Below the pieces are notes generated by a model. The model did no database searches and was not told the origin of the DNA. It saw only the letters and a program-made list of their open reading frames with translations. The position numbers and the translations under genes were made by a program. Below, piece by piece: positions 40,658 through 49,463 of a stretch of DNA of 64,000 nucleotides (within the stretch, counting starts at the first letter, position 1; each line of letters starts with the position of its first letter). The stretch is taken from assembly GCA_043823065.1 (NCBI GenBank), contig JBDRBB010000009.1:76933-140932 (forward strand), read 5' to 3'. This DNA is from Pseudomonadota bacterium (GTDB lineage: Bacteria > UBA10199 > 2-02-FULL-44-16 > DYJF01).

Positions 40658-41654
40658 AAGGTTTTTCTAACTCAAAATTTGATTTTAAATCTGCTGACAC
40701 CCATACACTATAATTGCCATTCTTTTCAACCAGTATTCCGCTAAATTCTTTATTATTTTCAAAAAAATCCAAGGCTTTGTCTTTACCTAAAACCATTAGC
40801 GCTGTGGCTACAGCATCGGCATTGATAGCTTGATCAGCAATAACAGTTACAGAAACTAAACTATTATCAACTGGCCAACCAGTGCGCGGATCTATTATAT
40901 GTGAAAATTTTTTGCCGTTAATTTCACTAAAGCGTTCATAATTGCCAGAAGTAACAATAGCTCCAGCAGAAATTTTTACCTTACCCAATATTTCTGAAGA
41001 ATCAGGGATTGGATTTTTTAAGCCAAAATTAAACTTGCCAGGACCGAACGCCCGGATATCTCCGCCAGCATCAACCACACCTTGTTTTATACCCCGCATC
41101 TGCATAATTATGATAATTTGATCAATAATATCACCCTTGGCAATGCCGCCTAAGCCAAAATTCATTTGTGGTTTAGTAAATATAATTTGCTTGCCATTGA
41201 TCTTAAATTTAGCAGAACCAATTTTTTGCAAGGCTTGTTCAATTTCCAAAGCAGAGGGAAGCTGCTTATTTTTTCCAGCCTGCTCCCAAAGCTTAATTAA
41301 AGGTCCAACAGTTATATCAAAAGCTCCTTGCGTTTTAGCCCACCATTTTTTGCTGGCCAGAAGCACACGTTCTAGATCAGAACTCATGACAACTGGTTTT
41401 AGCTGCTTAGTTTGATTTAGCTGGCTGATCTCGCTTTGGCTTAAATATGAGTTAAAAATTAATTCCAAATCTTCTACGCGCTGTTTCACAGCTTGCAGAT
41501 CTTTTCTGAACTCCAAACGTGAGCGATCATAGGCAATGACCTTAAAAGGAATGCCGCCCATAGGATAAAACACCGCCTCTTGCCGGCCTTTGTTAAAATA
41601 AAATAAGCCTGCAACGATTAGAATAACAATAATTACCAGTATGATTTTTTTCAT
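40629..41654 (-). CDS. apbE: FAD:protein FMN transferase (ApbE/RnfF)
   Basis: GAFDITVGPL, LGGIAKG, AGGD, VTSGNYER, HIIDPRTG and ADAVATA motifs all intact. Confidence 0.92.
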   Translation of the reverse strand: MKKIILVIIVILIVAGLFYFNKGRQEAVFYPMGGIPFKVIAYDRSRLEFRKDLQAVKQRVEDLELIFNSYLSQSEISQLNQTKQLKPVVMSSDLERVLLASKKWWAKTQGAFDITVGPLIKLWEQAGKNKQLPSALEIEQALQKIGSAKFKINGKQIIFTKPQMNFGLGGIAKGDIIDQIIIIMQMRGIKQGVVDAGGDIRAFGPGKFNFGLKNPIPDSSEILGKVKISAGAIVTSGNYERFSEINGKKFSHIIDPRTGWPVDNSLVSVTVIADQAINADAVATALMVLGKDKALDFFENNKEFSGILVEKNGNYSVWVSADLKSNFELEKPYERITQRYF

Positions 41655-41669
41655 AAACGTTATAAAAAT

Positions 41670-41740
41670 TGTCATCCTCCAGCTTGACTGGAGGATCTAA
41701 AGGGCTCAGTTAGATTGCCCGATCAAGTCGGGCAATGACA
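41670..41740. repeat. REP-like palindrome, family C variant, paired
   Basis: tgtcatcctccagcttgactggaggatc...gattgcccgatcaagtcgggcaatgaca. Confidence 0.75.
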
Positions 41741-41770
41741 ACTGGGCATCTCTAAAAACCTGTTTTTAAT

Positions 41771-41810
41771 CCGTTCGCCCTGAGCTTGTCGAAGGGCTCA
41801 CCACGAACGG
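41771..41810. repeat. Palindromic repeat family D (CCGTTCGCCCTGAGCTTGTCGAAGGG)
   Basis: Same core at 43313, 47556, 49424 and, reverse-complemented, at 55385. Confidence 0.85.
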
Positions 41811-41824
41811 GAAGTTTATTTCAT

Positions 41825-41855
41825 AAAAAAGCCCCTGTAAATTTACAGGGGCTTT
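41825..41855. terminator. Rho-independent terminator downstream of the porin gene
   Basis: aaaaaagcccctgtaaatttacaggggcttt. Confidence 0.75.
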
Positions 41856-41878
41856 AACGTATTTAACTTAAATTGTCA

Positions 41879-43087
41879 CTAGAAGAAGAAGATTGTATTT
41901 AGCATCATCGTATTAGCTTTGCTAGCGCCAGAGCCTTGGTAATTGGTGCGCAGGTAGTTATACTCTAAGCCAATTACTAATGGCTTAACTGGCATAAACT
42001 TTAAGTTAGCAAAGATTTTTTGGTTATTTTTAACCCAACCAGCAGCAACTTGAGCATCATTTAGATCTTCTACGCCATAACCAACATTGGTTTCAAACCA
42101 ATCTAACCAGCAGCTCTTAACTGCTCCCCAAGCAGCAATAAAACGTTGTCTGGTGGTGTCAGAAGCAAGTGAAAGTTGAGAACCAAGACTGTAACCATAT
42201 TGGAATTCACCCATGGGAGTTAAATATTTATGAATAGGCACTTCTAAGCTGGCAGCCAAGCCCCAGTTTTTAACTTTAGCGTTTCCAACAACTGCATTAT
42301 TGTGATGGCCATAGGCAGTAGAGACATAGGCTTTAAGTTGGCCAGCAGGTAGTTTGTGAAAGAAACCAACTCTGGCTTGTAACATTGGCATGGCAGTTGT
42401 TACACCAGCATCCATTTGGCTCATGCTGTTACCAGCCAAGTTAACACTGGCTGCAGCTTCAATTTTGCTTTCATCGCCAATTGGATGATTATAGGTAAAA
42501 CTAATTTGCGGACGTCTAAAACCTTGGTTACCCTGAAACCACATATTAGATCCAACATCCAAGGTAGAGGTGTTGAGAGGTGAATAAAGCTCCCATTCCA
42601 TACCAAACAAAACTCTCCATCTTTCCTGGCCAATTGTGGAATAAGCCCTTCTAATTCTTGGGTTCATGGCATGGATGTTAACATTGGCCAGATTGAAGAA
42701 ATCCATTTCCAAGCGAGCTTCAACTGAGAAATTTTTTCCGTTAAAATCATATTCATCCAAGACAAAACCAAAGCGGGTGTTTTGCACTGTAAAATCCAGA
42801 AAAGCGTCATTTCTGGTTTGTAAGGTTTCATCAACTACGCGAGTGACGCCGGTGATGTTGGTATTATATGCGGCAATTGTGGCATTGGATGTGCCAAAGC
42901 TGGCTACTTGAGAATCTCCATACATGGTTTCTGCAGAGATAAAACCGTAAAACTTAAATGGTACTTTAGAAGAAATAGTAATTGCTTCTTCTTGGGTGGT
43001 TTGGATATCACTGCTGCCAGCAAAACCCAAACTTGGGATCATGGCCAGCATGGCCATCAAAACAGCTACTTTCGCGAATTTCCTCAT
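41879..43087 (-). CDS. Outer-membrane beta-barrel porin (DcaP-like)
   Basis: Signal peptide; FKFYGFI, NTRFGF, LEMDF and PRIRRAY motifs; terminal Phe. Confidence 0.7.
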   Translation of the reverse strand: MRKFAKVAVLMAMLAMIPSLGFAGSSDIQTTQEEAITISSKVPFKFYGFISAETMYGDSQVASFGTSNATIAAYNTNITGVTRVVDETLQTRNDAFLDFTVQNTRFGFVLDEYDFNGKNFSVEARLEMDFFNLANVNIHAMNPRIRRAYSTIGQERWRVLFGMEWELYSPLNTSTLDVGSNMWFQGNQGFRRPQISFTYNHPIGDESKIEAAASVNLAGNSMSQMDAGVTTAMPMLQARVGFFHKLPAGQLKAYVSTAYGHHNNAVVGNAKVKNWGLAASLEVPIHKYLTPMGEFQYGYSLGSQLSLASDTTRQRFIAAWGAVKSCWLDWFETNVGYGVEDLNDAQVAAGWVKNNQKIFANLKFMPVKPLVIGLEYNYLRTNYQGSGASKANTMMLNTIFFF

Positions 43088-43179
43088 GTTTTTCCTCCTT
43101 TAGAATGAAAAATGTTTAATATTTTTTGTTAAGGTGTGCTCTCTTACTAAAGTAGTTTTTCTATGTCCACTACTTTTTT

Positions 43180-43244
43180 GACTATAGACTATAGCCAATT
43201 GACCAATGACCTTTTTGAGGTCCATGGTCTATGGTAAATAGTCA
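43180..43244. repeat. Heptamer array family A, interrupted by the nested element
   Basis: gactatagactatagccaattgaccaatgacc...ggtccatggtctatgg. Confidence 0.75.
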
Positions 43245-43375
43245 ACGGGCTGTTGCTCAAATGCCATTCATGGTTCGACAGGCTCACCACGAACGGCTAA
43301 CTATCCGAAATTCCGTTCGCCCTGAGCTTGTCGAAGGGTGAAAATGAGTACAAATCGATTTGAGCAACAGCCCGT
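43245..43375. mobile_element. MITE-like element with 18-bp TIRs enclosing a paired family D repeat
   Basis: ACGGGCTGTTGCTCAAAT (43245-43262) and ATTTGAGCAACAGCCCGT (43358-43375). Confidence 0.65.
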
Positions 43376-43429
43376 CAATAGTTTACTATATTTGACAGAG
43401 ATTTAGATACAGTATAGAGAAACAAGCCT

Positions 43430-44236
43430 ATGTTAATCGACAGTTTTGGTCGCCAAATTAACTATTTAAGGGTTTCTGTGACTGACAAGTGTAACTTGCG
43501 TTGTCAGTATTGCATGCCAGCTGAAGGCATTAAATTAAAACAGCATGCTGATATTTTAAGGCTAGAAGAAATTTTAGAGATTGTTAAATATGCTGCTGAT
43601 CTTGGAATTAGCAAAGTGCGCCTAACTGGTGGTGAACCTTTGGTGCGCAAAAATATTGAGTTTTTAATTGAAAACCTAGCCCAGATTCCAGCGATTAAAG
43701 ATCTAGCAATGACTACCAATGGAGTTTTATTGGCTGATCGGGCTTTTAACTTAAAAAAACTTGGTCTTCAGCGGGTAAATATTAGTTTGGATTCTTTGGA
43801 TCCAAAAAAATACCAGCAAATAACTAGAGGTGGTGAACTGGGAAGTGTTTTTGCTGGCATTAATGCTGCTAAAGAGGCGGGGCTTTTACCAATTAAACTT
43901 AATGTCGTGCTTATTCCAGGTTTTAATGAACAAGAAAAAATAGATTTTTTAAAATTTGGAACAGAAAAAAAATTAGAAGTTCGCTTTATTCATAAGATGG
44001 ATCTGCGTTGTGGTCAGCGCCAGGCAGTAGAAGGAAATACCAAGGTAGGACAATGTGATTATTGTAATCGCTTAAGACTTACTTGTGACGGTTTTTTAAA
44101 ACCATGTTTGTTTTCTGATTTCAAAATTGATGTGCGCCAGGTTGGCATTCAAGAGGCATTTCGTTTAGCCTTAGAATATAAACCAGAGCAAGGTGTGATA
44201 AATACCCATGAAGAAATGTATCAAATAGGTGGTTAA
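43430..44236 (+). CDS. moaA: GTP 3',8-cyclase, short form
   Basis: YLRVSVTDKCNLRCQYC, RLTGGEP, CDYCNRLRL...PC and terminal IGG. Confidence 0.92.
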   Translation: MLIDSFGRQINYLRVSVTDKCNLRCQYCMPAEGIKLKQHADILRLEEILEIVKYAADLGISKVRLTGGEPLVRKNIEFLIENLAQIPAIKDLAMTTNGVLLADRAFNLKKLGLQRVNISLDSLDPKKYQQITRGGELGSVFAGINAAKEAGLLPIKLNVVLIPGFNEQEKIDFLKFGTEKKLEVRFIHKMDLRCGQRQAVEGNTKVGQCDYCNRLRLTCDGFLKPCLFSDFKIDVRQVGIQEAFRLALEYKPEQGVINTHEEMYQIGG

Positions 44237-44681
44237 AATGAAATTTTCCCATGTAGATGAAAAAGGTCAGGCTAAAATGGTTGATGTAAGTGAAAAGCCA
44301 GATCAAACCCGGCTAGCAATTGCCCAAGGTAAAATTAAATTAGCAACAGTAACTTTAGAAAAAATTAAGCAAAATGAAATTGCCAAAGGCAATGTTTTAA
44401 CTGTGGCCCAAATTGCTGGCATTAATGCTGCTAAAAAAACTTCAGAGCTTATTCCGCTTTGTCACCCTTTGTTTTTAAGCAAGGTGTCAGTTGATTTTGA
44501 AATGCAAGCAGATGGAATTACTGCGCTGGCTTCAGCTAAATCTATTGGTAAAACTGGCGTGGAAATGGAAGCCCTAATCGCTGCTAGTACAGCGCTTTTA
44601 ACAATTTATGATATGTGTAAGGCAGTGGATAAAGAGATGGAGTTAGGGGAAATTAAATTAATAGAAAAAAAGAAAATATAG
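44229..44681 (+). CDS. moaC: Cyclic pyranopterin monophosphate synthase
   Basis: MVDVSEK, LIPLCHP, TGVEMEAL and YDMCKAVD motifs. Confidence 0.95.
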   Translation: MVKMKFSHVDEKGQAKMVDVSEKPDQTRLAIAQGKIKLATVTLEKIKQNEIAKGNVLTVAQIAGINAAKKTSELIPLCHPLFLSKVSVDFEMQADGITALASAKSIGKTGVEMEALIAASTALLTIYDMCKAVDKEMELGEIKLIEKKKI

Positions 44682-44741
44682 ACCATAGACCATAGACCAA
44701 AACCTTAAAGGTCAATGGTCAATTGTCTATGGTCAATGGTC
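44681..44741. repeat. Heptamer array family A at the moaC/MOSC junction
   Basis: gaccatagaccatagacc...ggtcaatggtcaattgtctatggtcaatggtc. Confidence 0.8.
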
Positions 44742-44759
44742 TGCGGAGAATCAAAGGGT

Positions 44760-45197
44760 ATGAAAGAATTTCAGATTGTTTCTATAAATATTAGTAAAAC
44801 TAAAGGTGAAAAGAAAAAACCTGTTGCCGAGGTTGAATTAAAAGTTGATCTTGGCCTTGTTGGAGATGGCCATGCAGGTCTTTGGCATCGCCAGGTTTCT
44901 CTTCTTGGTACTGAAAGCATTGCTAAAATTCAAGCCAAAGGTTTGGCTGTAAACCCTGGTGATTTTGCTGAAAATATTACTACAGAAGGAATTGAGCTTT
45001 TTTCTTTGCCAATAGGTACGCGTCTAAAATTAGGGAAACAAGCTGAAGTTGAAATAACTCAGATTGGCAAGAAATGTCATCAAGGGTGTGCCATTTTAAA
45101 ACAAACTGGCGACTGTGTAATGCCCAGAGAGGGGGTGTTTGCTAAAGTCGTTAAGAGCGGAAAACTTATGAAGGGAGCTGTAGGGAAAATATTATGA
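44760..45197 (+). CDS. MOSC-domain protein
   Basis: GDGHAG.WHRQVSLL, GDFAENI, QIGKKCH and CVMPREG motifs. Confidence 0.9.
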   Translation: MKEFQIVSINISKTKGEKKKPVAEVELKVDLGLVGDGHAGLWHRQVSLLGTESIAKIQAKGLAVNPGDFAENITTEGIELFSLPIGTRLKLGKQAEVEITQIGKKCHQGCAILKQTGDCVMPREGVFAKVVKSGKLMKGAVGKIL

Positions 45198-45198
45198 A

Positions 45199-45258
45199 AA
45201 TTCCAAGATACAAGAAACAATAACCAAACAATTTCCAATGACCAAATTACAAAATAAC
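45199..45258. repeat. Family B half-element overlapping the mog start
   Basis: aattccaagatacaagaaacaataaccaaacaatttccaatgaccaaattacaaaataac. Confidence 0.7.
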
Positions 45259-45759
45259 AATAAACTAAAGTTGAAAGTCGGTATCGTTACTATAAGTGAC
45301 AGAGCAAGCCAAGGAACCTATGAAGACCTAAGCGGACCAGCCCTAAAAGAAGCCTTAACTGAATTTTTAAGCGAACACGAAGTTGAGTATGATTTAAAAA
45401 TTATTGCTGATGAAGCAGCGCAAATTAAAAGTACATTAGAAAACTTTATTGCTAAGGATGTTGATTTTATTTTTACTACAGGCGGTACAGGCCTTGGTCC
45501 GCGTGATCTAACTCCTGAGGTTACCAAAGAAGTTGTTGAAAAAGAACTGCCAGGTATTGCGGAAAGTTTGCGCGCTCATTCCTTGCAGTTTACCAAAAAT
45601 GCCATGCTTTCCAGGGCAACTGCTGGCTTGAAAAATAATACTTTAATTGTTAATCTTCCGGGCAGTCCAAAAGCTGTCAAACAAATGATTTTCTATCTTG
45701 GCCCAACTTTAGTGCATGCTTATTATATGATCAGGGGGATTGATGCCCATAAAAACTGA
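45238..45759 (+). CDS. mog: Molybdopterin adenylyltransferase (MogA/MoaB family)
   Basis: TISDRA, DLSGP, TTGGTGLGPRDLTPE and NLPGSPKA motifs. Confidence 0.9.
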   Translation: MTKLQNNNKLKLKVGIVTISDRASQGTYEDLSGPALKEALTEFLSEHEVEYDLKIIADEAAQIKSTLENFIAKDVDFIFTTGGTGLGPRDLTPEVTKEVVEKELPGIAESLRAHSLQFTKNAMLSRATAGLKNNTLIVNLPGSPKAVKQMIFYLGPTLVHAYYMIRGIDAHKN

Positions 45760-46948
45760 TATTGCCATTATTGGCGGCGGGATTGTTGGTTTGGCAACTG
45801 CCTATGCCCTTTCTAAAAGTAGTCATAAATCTGTTGTTGTTTTAGAAAAAGAAAATCAAGTTGCTGCCCATCAAACAGGCAACAATAGTGGGGTGATACA
45901 TTCTGGGTTGTATTACAAGCCCGGTTCTTTGAAAGCTCAAAACTGCGCGCAAGGCAGACAAGCTTTGTATGAATTTTGCCAAGAATATAATATTAGCCAT
46001 GAGCGTTGCGGCAAAGTTATTGTGGCCACCAAAGAAGATGAACTGCCAAGATTAGAGCAGTTAAGACAACGGGGCGAAGCAAATGGATTAAAAGGTATTA
46101 GTCTTTTAACCGCAGAACAAATCAAAGAACATGAACCACATGCAGCTGGACTGGCTGGCTTGTTGGTGCCAGACACAGGTATTGTGGATTTTATTGAAGT
46201 AACCAAAAAAATGGCCAAATTAGTGCAGCAAAAAAATGGCACTGTGTTTACTAAGGCCAAAGTCCATAAAATTATTAATAGAAAAGAAGGTTTGTTTTTA
46301 GAAACCAGCGGAGCAGAAATTCAAACGGATTTTTTAATTAATTGTGCAGGCCTGCAATCTGACCGAGTGGCTAGAATGTGCGGTGTTGATCCTGAAATGA
46401 GAATTGTGCCTTTTCGCGGTGAGTATTATAAATTAATTCCAGAGCGCCAGTATTTGATAAAAAATTTGATTTATCCAGTACCAGATCCCCAATTTCCATT
46501 TTTAGGCGTGCATTTTACACGAATGATAGCTGGCGGAGTGGAAGCAGGCCCCAATGCAGTGTTTGCCTTTAAGCGCGAAGGTTATCATAAAACCAGTATT
46601 TCTGTTAAAGATCTGCTGGAATCTATTGCCTATCCAGGTTTTTGGAAGATGAGCCTCAAACATTGGCAAATGGGCGTGGGTGAATTCTATCGTTCATTTT
46701 GCAAATTTGCTTTTGTCAAAGCTCTGCAAAGATTATTGCCAGAAATTACCACCAAAGATGTTCATACCGGAGGAGCTGGTGTTAGGGCCCAGGCTATTGA
46801 TAACACTGGTTTTCTAATAGATGATTTTTGTATTAAACAAGCTCCCAGAATGATCCACGTCCTAAATGCTCCTTCTCCAGCAGCCACAGCCTGCATAAGT
46901 ATTGGTGAAAAAATTGCTGAGATGGCTAAGCAAAGCTGGGAGATCTAA
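45740..46948 (+). CDS. lhgO: L-2-hydroxyglutarate oxidase
   Basis: GGGIVG, HQTGNNSGVIHSG, FRGEY, PFLGVHFT and NAPSPAAT motifs. Confidence 0.9.
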   Translation: MMPIKTDIAIIGGGIVGLATAYALSKSSHKSVVVLEKENQVAAHQTGNNSGVIHSGLYYKPGSLKAQNCAQGRQALYEFCQEYNISHERCGKVIVATKEDELPRLEQLRQRGEANGLKGISLLTAEQIKEHEPHAAGLAGLLVPDTGIVDFIEVTKKMAKLVQQKNGTVFTKAKVHKIINRKEGLFLETSGAEIQTDFLINCAGLQSDRVARMCGVDPEMRIVPFRGEYYKLIPERQYLIKNLIYPVPDPQFPFLGVHFTRMIAGGVEAGPNAVFAFKREGYHKTSISVKDLLESIAYPGFWKMSLKHWQMGVGEFYRSFCKFAFVKALQRLLPEITTKDVHTGGAGVRAQAIDNTGFLIDDFCIKQAPRMIHVLNAPSPAATACISIGEKIAEMAKQSWEI

Positions 46949-47549
46949 ATCTTTTTCTTTCTCTTAAGTGTGACCAAAGATCGGCAATGGTTTTCATGAC
47001 AATTAAGGCTATTAACAAATAGATGGGTTGGCCTAGAAAAATTACCGGCCCCATACCAAAGGCCAAAGTTAAATGCATCACAAACACCCGACGGTAAGGT
47101 TCAATGACCGGGTCCTGGCCTCTTTCAACATTTCTTTCATTTTTTAGCAGATAATTGAAAATAAAAGAATAGCCATGGCTCAAGATAAAGAAAAGCAGGG
47201 CATATCTTAGCATATAGGCTAGCTCCAGAGGATCCACTTTGACCTTGAATAACTCCAATACAATATAGTAAAGCGCTACCCCAATTGCTGCTATAAAACC
47301 GCCAAAATGGATAATGAAAAATGCGCAACCCAGCACACGCATGAACTTGGTGAGTATAAGGCGCCAGCCCTGATCATCGTCTTTGGCTAAAAATATTTTA
47401 AGTAGACTGTAAAAACCGATAATTACAGTTTCTGCCCAATACAAAAATAGAACATCGATTAAATCCCAGCCAAAGAAAAGCACCCCAGCTAGCGGCACAG
47501 CATTGGCAGTGAGCAAAAAATAAATGGAAGTTGGATAACTTTTTTTCAT
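46926..47549 (-). CDS. Membrane protein (DUF6498-like)
   Basis: ANAVPLAGVLFFGW, LYWAE, FFIIHFGGF and PYRRVFVMH motifs. Confidence 0.7.
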   Translation of the reverse strand: MKKSYPTSIYFLLTANAVPLAGVLFFGWDLIDVLFLYWAETVIIGFYSLLKIFLAKDDDQGWRLILTKFMRVLGCAFFIIHFGGFIAAIGVALYYIVLELFKVKVDPLELAYMLRYALLFFILSHGYSFIFNYLLKNERNVERGQDPVIEPYRRVFVMHLTLAFGMGPVIFLGQPIYLLIALIVMKTIADLWSHLRERKRFRSPSFA

Positions 47550-47555
47550 TTTGTT

Positions 47556-47588
47556 CCGTTCGCCCTGAGCAAAGTCGAAGGGTGAACG
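47556..47588. repeat. Family D palindromic repeat
   Basis: ccgttcgccctgagcaaagtcgaagggtgaacg. Confidence 0.8.
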
Positions 47589-47600
47589 CCCTGGAGAGGT

Positions 47601-48782
47601 TTACGCGTATAACCTTATGATTTTGATAATGCTATCTTTATAGATGGTTTTTTTGCCGATAGGCACAATCATTAATCCTTGGGCCTTGCTCAAAGAATAA
47701 AGATCGCCAGAACCCATATGCTTGATTGGTTCAACTTTATTTTGCTCAACGTATTTGACAGGATAATAAAGCTCGCGTTCAGTGCGGCTGCGTTCAAAAG
47801 TTGTGCTCAGTTTATGTTCGCAGATTTGATGCCTAAAATTATACCCCATCATTTTATATAAGCCAGGAAGGGCAAATAAATAAAAACAGGTAAATACAGA
47901 AACTGGGTTTCCTGGGAAACAAAAAATAGGTTTATCTTTGTAAGTAGCAAAGGTTAAGGGTTTGCCAGGTTGAATAGAAACTTGATTAAAATGAATCTGG
48001 CAGCCCATCTCCTTTAATAAATCATAAATAAAATCATACTCGCCAACAGAAACTCCACCTGTGAAAAATACCACATCATGATTTTTAAGAACACGCTCAA
48101 AGGTTTTTTGAAGGGCTGAAAAAGAATCTTTGGCACGTCTGGCTGTGTTTTTAGTAAAGCCAAGCTTATCTAGCAAAGAAGTTAAGAGTGGACCATTGCT
48201 ATCATAAATCTTTCCAGCCTGATATTTTTGGCCTGGGCCTAGAAGTTCGCTGCCTGTAACAATAATTCCAACTCTGGGCTGCTCATAGACCTTAATATTT
48301 TTTTGGCCAGTAAAAGAAATATTAGAGAGCATAACAGGGGTGATTAGCTCACCTTTAGAAAAAAGTTTGCTACCTTTTTTTATATCTTCACCTTGATAGC
48401 AAATATTATCTTTAGAAGTATTTTTAGTAACTTTGATTTGATCTTCTTCAAGCTCACGAGCATGTTCCTTCATAATAACTTGGCCAGTATTAGGCGGAAT
48501 CATGGCGCCAGTCATAATTTTAATGGCCGTGCCTTTGCTGATTTTTTTTAAGTAAATTTGGCCGGCAGCAACTTCGCCAACAACTTTAAATTCAGCGCTA
48601 GTGTCTCCTTTAGCAATTGCATACCCATCCATGGCAGATTTGCTAAAAGGAGGGAAGTCTAAAGGTGTGGTAATGTCTTGGGCTAGCACGTGATTTAAGG
48701 ATTTAGCCAAAGTTGTATTGGTGGTTAAAAGTTGTTTTATATTTTTTAAGATTAATTCAAGTGCTTTATTGCTAGTGATCAT
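47601..48782 (-). CDS. moeA: Molybdopterin molybdotransferase
   Basis: PPFSKSAMDGYA, IMTGAMIP, TGGVSVGEYD, QPGKP and PGNPVS motifs. Confidence 0.93.
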   Translation of the reverse strand: MITSNKALELILKNIKQLLTTNTTLAKSLNHVLAQDITTPLDFPPFSKSAMDGYAIAKGDTSAEFKVVGEVAAGQIYLKKISKGTAIKIMTGAMIPPNTGQVIMKEHARELEEDQIKVTKNTSKDNICYQGEDIKKGSKLFSKGELITPVMLSNISFTGQKNIKVYEQPRVGIIVTGSELLGPGQKYQAGKIYDSNGPLLTSLLDKLGFTKNTARRAKDSFSALQKTFERVLKNHDVVFFTGGVSVGEYDFIYDLLKEMGCQIHFNQVSIQPGKPLTFATYKDKPIFCFPGNPVSVFTCFYLFALPGLYKMMGYNFRHQICEHKLSTTFERSRTERELYYPVKYVEQNKVEPIKHMGSGDLYSLSKAQGLMIVPIGKKTIYKDSIIKIIRLYA

Positions 48783-49371
48783 TATTATACCTATTTAAAT
48801 CTTTCTCAGTGTTAATGTTAATAAATGATTTTAAATCTGGATCAATCTTTCTTACCTCTTGTTCACTAATAATTTTTGCTCTAGTATTTTCAGAAACAGC
48901 AGTAACACTTTTCTTTCCTTTAGGGCTTGCTAGCATTTCTGCAATTTTTTCTAAACTAGATTTAGCGTAAAAACCAAACAAGGGCTGAATAGTGTTATTT
49001 ATCATAGCTACTACTGTTTCATAATCCTTGGTAAACTGGGCAAAATAATCAACTAGTTGGGGAATAAAATAAGGCATATCCACAGCAGTCACAAAATTAA
49101 TATTAGTTGAAGAAGCTTTTAGTCCAGAATATAAGCCAAATAAAGGGCCCTGTTGTTTTTGTTCATCTTGGATAATTGCTACTTCAGATAAATGCTGATA
49201 TAATTCAGGTTTATTGGTTACCAAAATTAATTGTTCAAATTGAGAATTTAGCTGATTAATTTTTCTTTGAACAAGCTGCTCACCTTGAATCTCAAGCAAT
49301 CCCTTTTCAACATAACCCAGTCGAGAACCTAACCCACCAGAAAGAATTATTGTAGATTGTTTGTTAGTCAT
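48772..49371 (-). CDS. mobA: Molybdenum cofactor guanylyltransferase
   Basis: ILSGGLGSRLG..K, GPLFGL, AVDMPY and FININT motifs. Confidence 0.88.
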   Translation of the reverse strand: MTNKQSTIILSGGLGSRLGYVEKGLLEIQGEQLVQRKINQLNSQFEQLILVTNKPELYQHLSEVAIIQDEQKQQGPLFGLYSGLKASSTNINFVTAVDMPYFIPQLVDYFAQFTKDYETVVAMINNTIQPLFGFYAKSSLEKIAEMLASPKGKKSVTAVSENTRAKIISEQEVRKIDPDLKSFININTEKDLNRYNNDH

Positions 49372-49387
49372 TTATTTTATATTATAA

Positions 49388-49451
49388 TTCATGCTTCGAC
49401 AGGCTCAGCATGAACGGAAATATCCGTTCACCCTGAGCTTGTCGAAGGGTG
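49388..49451. repeat. Family D repeat, paired inverted copy
   Basis: ttcatgcttcgacaggctcagcatgaacgg aaatat ccgttcaccctgagcttgtcgaaggg. Confidence 0.85.
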
Positions 49452-49463
49452 GGCGAAATAAAA

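Noticed and set aside
43100..43430. Moco or tungsten riboswitch upstream of moaA
   Set aside because: The hairpins are accounted for by repeat families found elsewhere; an Rfam scan would be needed to exclude it fully
5851..44741. Heptamer arrays as CRISPR repeats
   Set aside because: Units are 7 nt, degenerate and inverted, with no unique spacers and no cas genes in the window
37063..44759. Extended N-termini in the ORF track (rnfD MVIGLWS, rnfA MVCSLWS, MOSC MVNCLWS, apbE MTIF)
   Set aside because: These are translations of repeat sequence; downstream ATGs fit the family starts
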